Positions 60,943 to 64,000 of a stretch of 64,000 nucleotides of DNA are shown here, one piece after another; position 1 is the first letter of the stretch; the number at the start of each line of letters is the position of its first letter. The stretch is taken from assembly GCA_005222975.1 (NCBI GenBank), contig NJBI01000011.1, positions 1 through 64,000 of the forward strand, given 5' to 3'. The notes beneath the pieces are model-generated. The model ran no database searches. It saw only the letters and a list, made by a program, of their open reading frames with translations, and was not told where the DNA came from. A program made the translations under genes and the position numbers. Origin of the DNA: Promethearchaeota archaeon Loki_b31 (GTDB lineage: Archaea; Asgardarchaeota; Lokiarchaeia; Sigyniarchaeales; SOKP01).

Positions 60943-62358
60943 TCAAATCTCACTCCTAAATTTTTCAGGTTTACTACCCTCATAGGATTCTTTCTTTATT
61001 GCATGCAGTTTCACTAATTCAGATTGCAGTTTTTCTAAAGCTTCTCCGTGATAAGGAAATAGATATATAAAGATTAAACTAATTCCGTGCATAAGGATGG
61101 GCATTACAAATAAAAGGACTTTTATTCCGAGGAGTGCAGTTGCGTCTTGAGTCATCGAACCAGTCACAAAACCAAACATAGTTAAAGTGGTTGTAGCAAT
61201 TATTGGGCCTAAACTATCTGCTGGTTTAAACAAGAGAGAACTAGTTCCTTGAAAAATGCTTTCTCGTCGACTTCCATATTTGATTTCGTCTTCGTCAATT
61301 GCCATAGTTAAAAGTACAAAATCAAAGACTCCAAATCCAGATAAAATTGATACGAGAGAAACGCAAATCCATACTATTGTTGTCGATCCTATTGCGGAGA
61401 CTATTATAAAACTAATTAAATTTGCTATAATCAAACCTGACTTAAGGATAAGAATAGTTTTTCGAATCCCCCATTTTTTTTCTAATTTCATATAAATTAT
61501 ATTTGAGAAAAAACCTATACCAAATGTAAGAAGCATAAATAATATGGGCGTTAGCGGTCCGGGACCTAAGATGAATATAAAGGCAAAAAGAAATGAAAAT
61601 CCCATAGCCCTTGCACCAGTATTGAAGAAAATGTACCCCGTGCGCGTCAAAAACGCTTTAGATTTAATAACCATTTTCATGGCTTGGAAAAATGTATAAT
61701 CTTCTTCAACTCTTAATTCTGGTCTTTCCTTTAAAGTGCGAGTAACTATTATATATAATATAATCGAAATAATAGCAAGTATGCCATTGAACATTTGAAA
61801 AGTTTCTAAGCTCGCATCAAATATAGATTGTGCAAATACAACTGGAATTCCAGCAATAAATGTTGCAATGTTGGCATAAAAGGATAATTTATAGCGAACT
61901 TTGATGTTATCAGACATTTCTGACATTAATGACATGTATAATCCAATTACTAGAGAAAGAAAGGTATCAAAAATACATATACTTAATACGAATTGAAAGA
62001 ATATTATAATTTGGTTGTCATAACTCCAAGGGAACCACATTATGAAGTAAAATATTGCCCATAATGGCCCGAACCATTTTATATAAATTAATCTTCGACT
62101 ACCCCATTTATCAATATTAGTTTTATCACTCATATGCCCCGTTAGTGGATCGTTTAGGGCATTAATCGTAGCATAAATTAGCATCCCAATGATAAATAAT
62201 GAATCAATTAAACCTAAATAATTCCAAAAGAAATTAACATACATTAACATGAAAACTCCCGCAAGGAAAGTATTAGGAATATATCCAAGTGAATATATAA
62301 ACACATCTTTTCTGGGCAATTTTCCAACAAAATTATTGTTTGTTTTTGATTTTTCCAA
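60943..62358 (-). CDS. MFS glycoside-pentoside-hexuronide (MelB-like) transporter
   Basis: NALNDPLTGHMSD, IDEDEIKYGSRRE. Confidence 0.88.
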   Translation of the reverse strand: MEKSKTNNNFVGKLPRKDVFIYSLGYIPNTFLAGVFMLMYVNFFWNYLGLIDSLFIIGMLIYATINALNDPLTGHMSDKTNIDKWGSRRLIYIKWFGPLWAIFYFIMWFPWSYDNQIIIFFQFVLSICIFDTFLSLVIGLYMSLMSEMSDNIKVRYKLSFYANIATFIAGIPVVFAQSIFDASLETFQMFNGILAIISIILYIIVTRTLKERPELRVEEDYTFFQAMKMVIKSKAFLTRTGYIFFNTGARAMGFSFLFAFIFILGPGPLTPILFMLLTFGIGFFSNIIYMKLEKKWGIRKTILILKSGLIIANLISFIIVSAIGSTTIVWICVSLVSILSGFGVFDFVLLTMAIDEDEIKYGSRRESIFQGTSSLLFKPADSLGPIIATTTLTMFGFVTGSMTQDATALLGIKVLLFVMPILMHGISLIFIYLFPYHGEALEKLQSELVKLHAIKKESYEGSKPEKFRSEI

Positions 62359-62492
62359 ATTACATCACTTATATAATTTTAACTTCAAATTTTTTTTACA
62401 TAATATTTCAATTATTCGTTTTATATACATTCTTTTTTTTTGATGTGATTTTTATCAATATTATTCTAAAATCAAAACATCATGCGCTTTTC

Positions 62493-64000
62493 CTAATATA
62501 AAGATCTTCTTTTTGGTTCTTTTAACATGGTAAAAAATCCAAATATTTTTTTGATTAAGTGCGGTTCATATTCGTCTTTCTGGGCATAGCAAACTCCGAG
62601 CATATCTAACCGTTTAAGAATAATTCCAAGGCATTTTTTAAAATTTTTGAAGTTTTTCTGTTCTATCAATGTCCAACCAGTTTCCGCAAATGCTATTAGG
62701 CGAGGAAAGGTTTGCCAATCTAATTCATTTACATTTCTAACCCATTCTGTCCACATAGGAGCTTCTATTCCTAAGATATTGCAATGATATTCCTTCATTA
62801 ATCTTTTAGGAATAGGTTCGTATCGATATGCTTTACTTAGAGAAGTAAAAGAATAGGAATAATCAAGGTAAGTGTAGCCAAATTTCGACATTACAATATT
62901 TCCTCCTCTTTTTAGGTGTTTCGTAACTTCCTTTTTACCAAAAATCCAATATTGTCCAATAACATCTTCAGATATCTTATCACTTAGAATTTGATTCCAT
63001 CCCATTACCCTACAATAGCGAGAGGTTAGAAATGTTATTATCCTATTTGTAAAATAAATTTGGAGCTCCTTTTCATCATTAAGGCTCTCTGATTTTATTC
63101 TCGTTTGACATTCAGGACATTCTTTCCATCTTTTTCTAGGAACTTCGTCGCCTCCAATATGAATTATATATGAGGGAAATAATTGAATTATCTCATCTAA
63201 CACATTTTGCATAAATTCAAATACTGACTCTTTACCAACACATAAAACATCCTTTTTAATTCCAAATTTAATTGGTACTTCAAATGGACCTCCGGTGCAA
63301 CTTAATTCAGGATAAGCTGCTAATACTGCTTTTGAATGGCCAGGCATGTCTATTTCTGGAACTACTTTAATAAAAAGTTTATCTGCATAAGCAACTATCT
63401 CTTGTACATCTTTTTGAGTGTAAAATCCTTCGTGTGGGGTGTTATCTGTTTTTCTACTTATAAAACCTCCAATTTGGGTTTCTTTCCTTTTTGATCCAAT
63501 TTCTGTTAGGAGGGGATATTTCTTAATTTCAATTCTCCAACCCTGATCATCTGTAAGATGCCAACGAAAAACATTCATCTTAAAGAGTGCCATCATATCT
63601 AGGATCCGTTTAACAACTTCTTTACTAAGGAAATGTCTACTTTCGTCAAGCATGTATCCTCGCCAAGAGAATCGAGGATAATCTTTAATTTCTACAGAAG
63701 GAACAGACCATTCAATATGGCCCTTATTAGTAATGCTTTCTATTTCAGCTGGAAGTAATTGACGAAGAGTTTGAATGCCATAAAAAACACCAGCAGGACT
63801 GGGAGCAGATAATATAATGCGTTCTTGATTAATGTTGAGAAAATACCCTTCTTCACCCAAATTATTAATTTCTTTATCGATTTTTAAAGAAACTGTGTTA
63901 TATTTATTTAGTTCAGATTTAGAGTTCACTATTAACAAATCAAAGCCCGTTGCTGGTTTTAATAAACGCTTAAAAAATTTAGCAACATCATTTAATTTCG
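62493..64000 (-). CDS. Beta-N-acetylhexosaminidase GH20, 5' truncated by window edge
   Basis: DYPRFSWRGYMLD, WHLTDDQGWR, EIDMPGH, HIGGDE, WTE. Confidence 0.93.
   Translation of the reverse strand, partial: KLNDVAKFFKRLLKPATGFDLLIVNSKSELNKYNTVSLKIDKEINNLGEEGYFLNINQERIILSAPSPAGVFYGIQTLRQLLPAEIESITNKGHIEWSVPSVEIKDYPRFSWRGYMLDESRHFLSKEVVKRILDMMALFKMNVFRWHLTDDQGWRIEIKKYPLLTEIGSKRKETQIGGFISRKTDNTPHEGFYTQKDVQEIVAYADKLFIKVVPEIDMPGHSKAVLAAYPELSCTGGPFEVPIKFGIKKDVLCVGKESVFEFMQNVLDEIIQLFPSYIIHIGGDEVPRKRWKECPECQTRIKSESLNDEKELQIYFTNRIITFLTSRYCRVMGWNQILSDKISEDVIGQYWIFGKKEVTKHLKRGGNIVMSKFGYTYLDYSYSFTSLSKAYRYEPIPKRLMKEYHCNILGIEAPMWTEWVRNVNELDWQTFPRLIAFAETGWTLIEQKNFKNFKKCLGIILKRLDMLGVCYAQKDEYEPHLIKKIFGFFTMLKEPKRRSLY

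Overview
The window is a mosaic of three compositionally distinct parts. (1) 1-~2350: higher-GC, bacterial-looking polysaccharide genes (UDP-glucuronate epimerase, GT4, a sugar transferase whose N-terminus is unrelated sequence), probably contaminating or chimeric sequence. (2) ~2350-10600: a compact ~8.2 kb ambisense virus-like element. It has an HUH rolling-circle Rep, many Zn-ribbon ORFs, a candidate capsid plus membrane-protein module, a candidate origin hairpin with iterons, and a tail-fibre/spike reading frame cut twice at the same point of a repeated domain by an SD-stop-restart cassette. (3) ~10600-64000: AT-rich archaeal chromosome that looks Lokiarchaeia/Asgard (aCPSF1, proteasome beta, EF-2 paralog without the diphthamide motif, INO1 with four ITPK1-like ATP-grasp genes, PCI/UFL1-like protein, Par14-like parvulin, tRNA-Gln and tRNA-Gly, a glycoside-use locus). 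This part also holds a free-standing LAGLIDADG endonuclease that appears to have replaced the 3' end of pflX, and two unannotated structured-RNA candidates. All family assignments come from motif recognition by eye; no searches were run. Physical linkage of the virus to the archaeal chromosome cannot be shown from the sequence alone.
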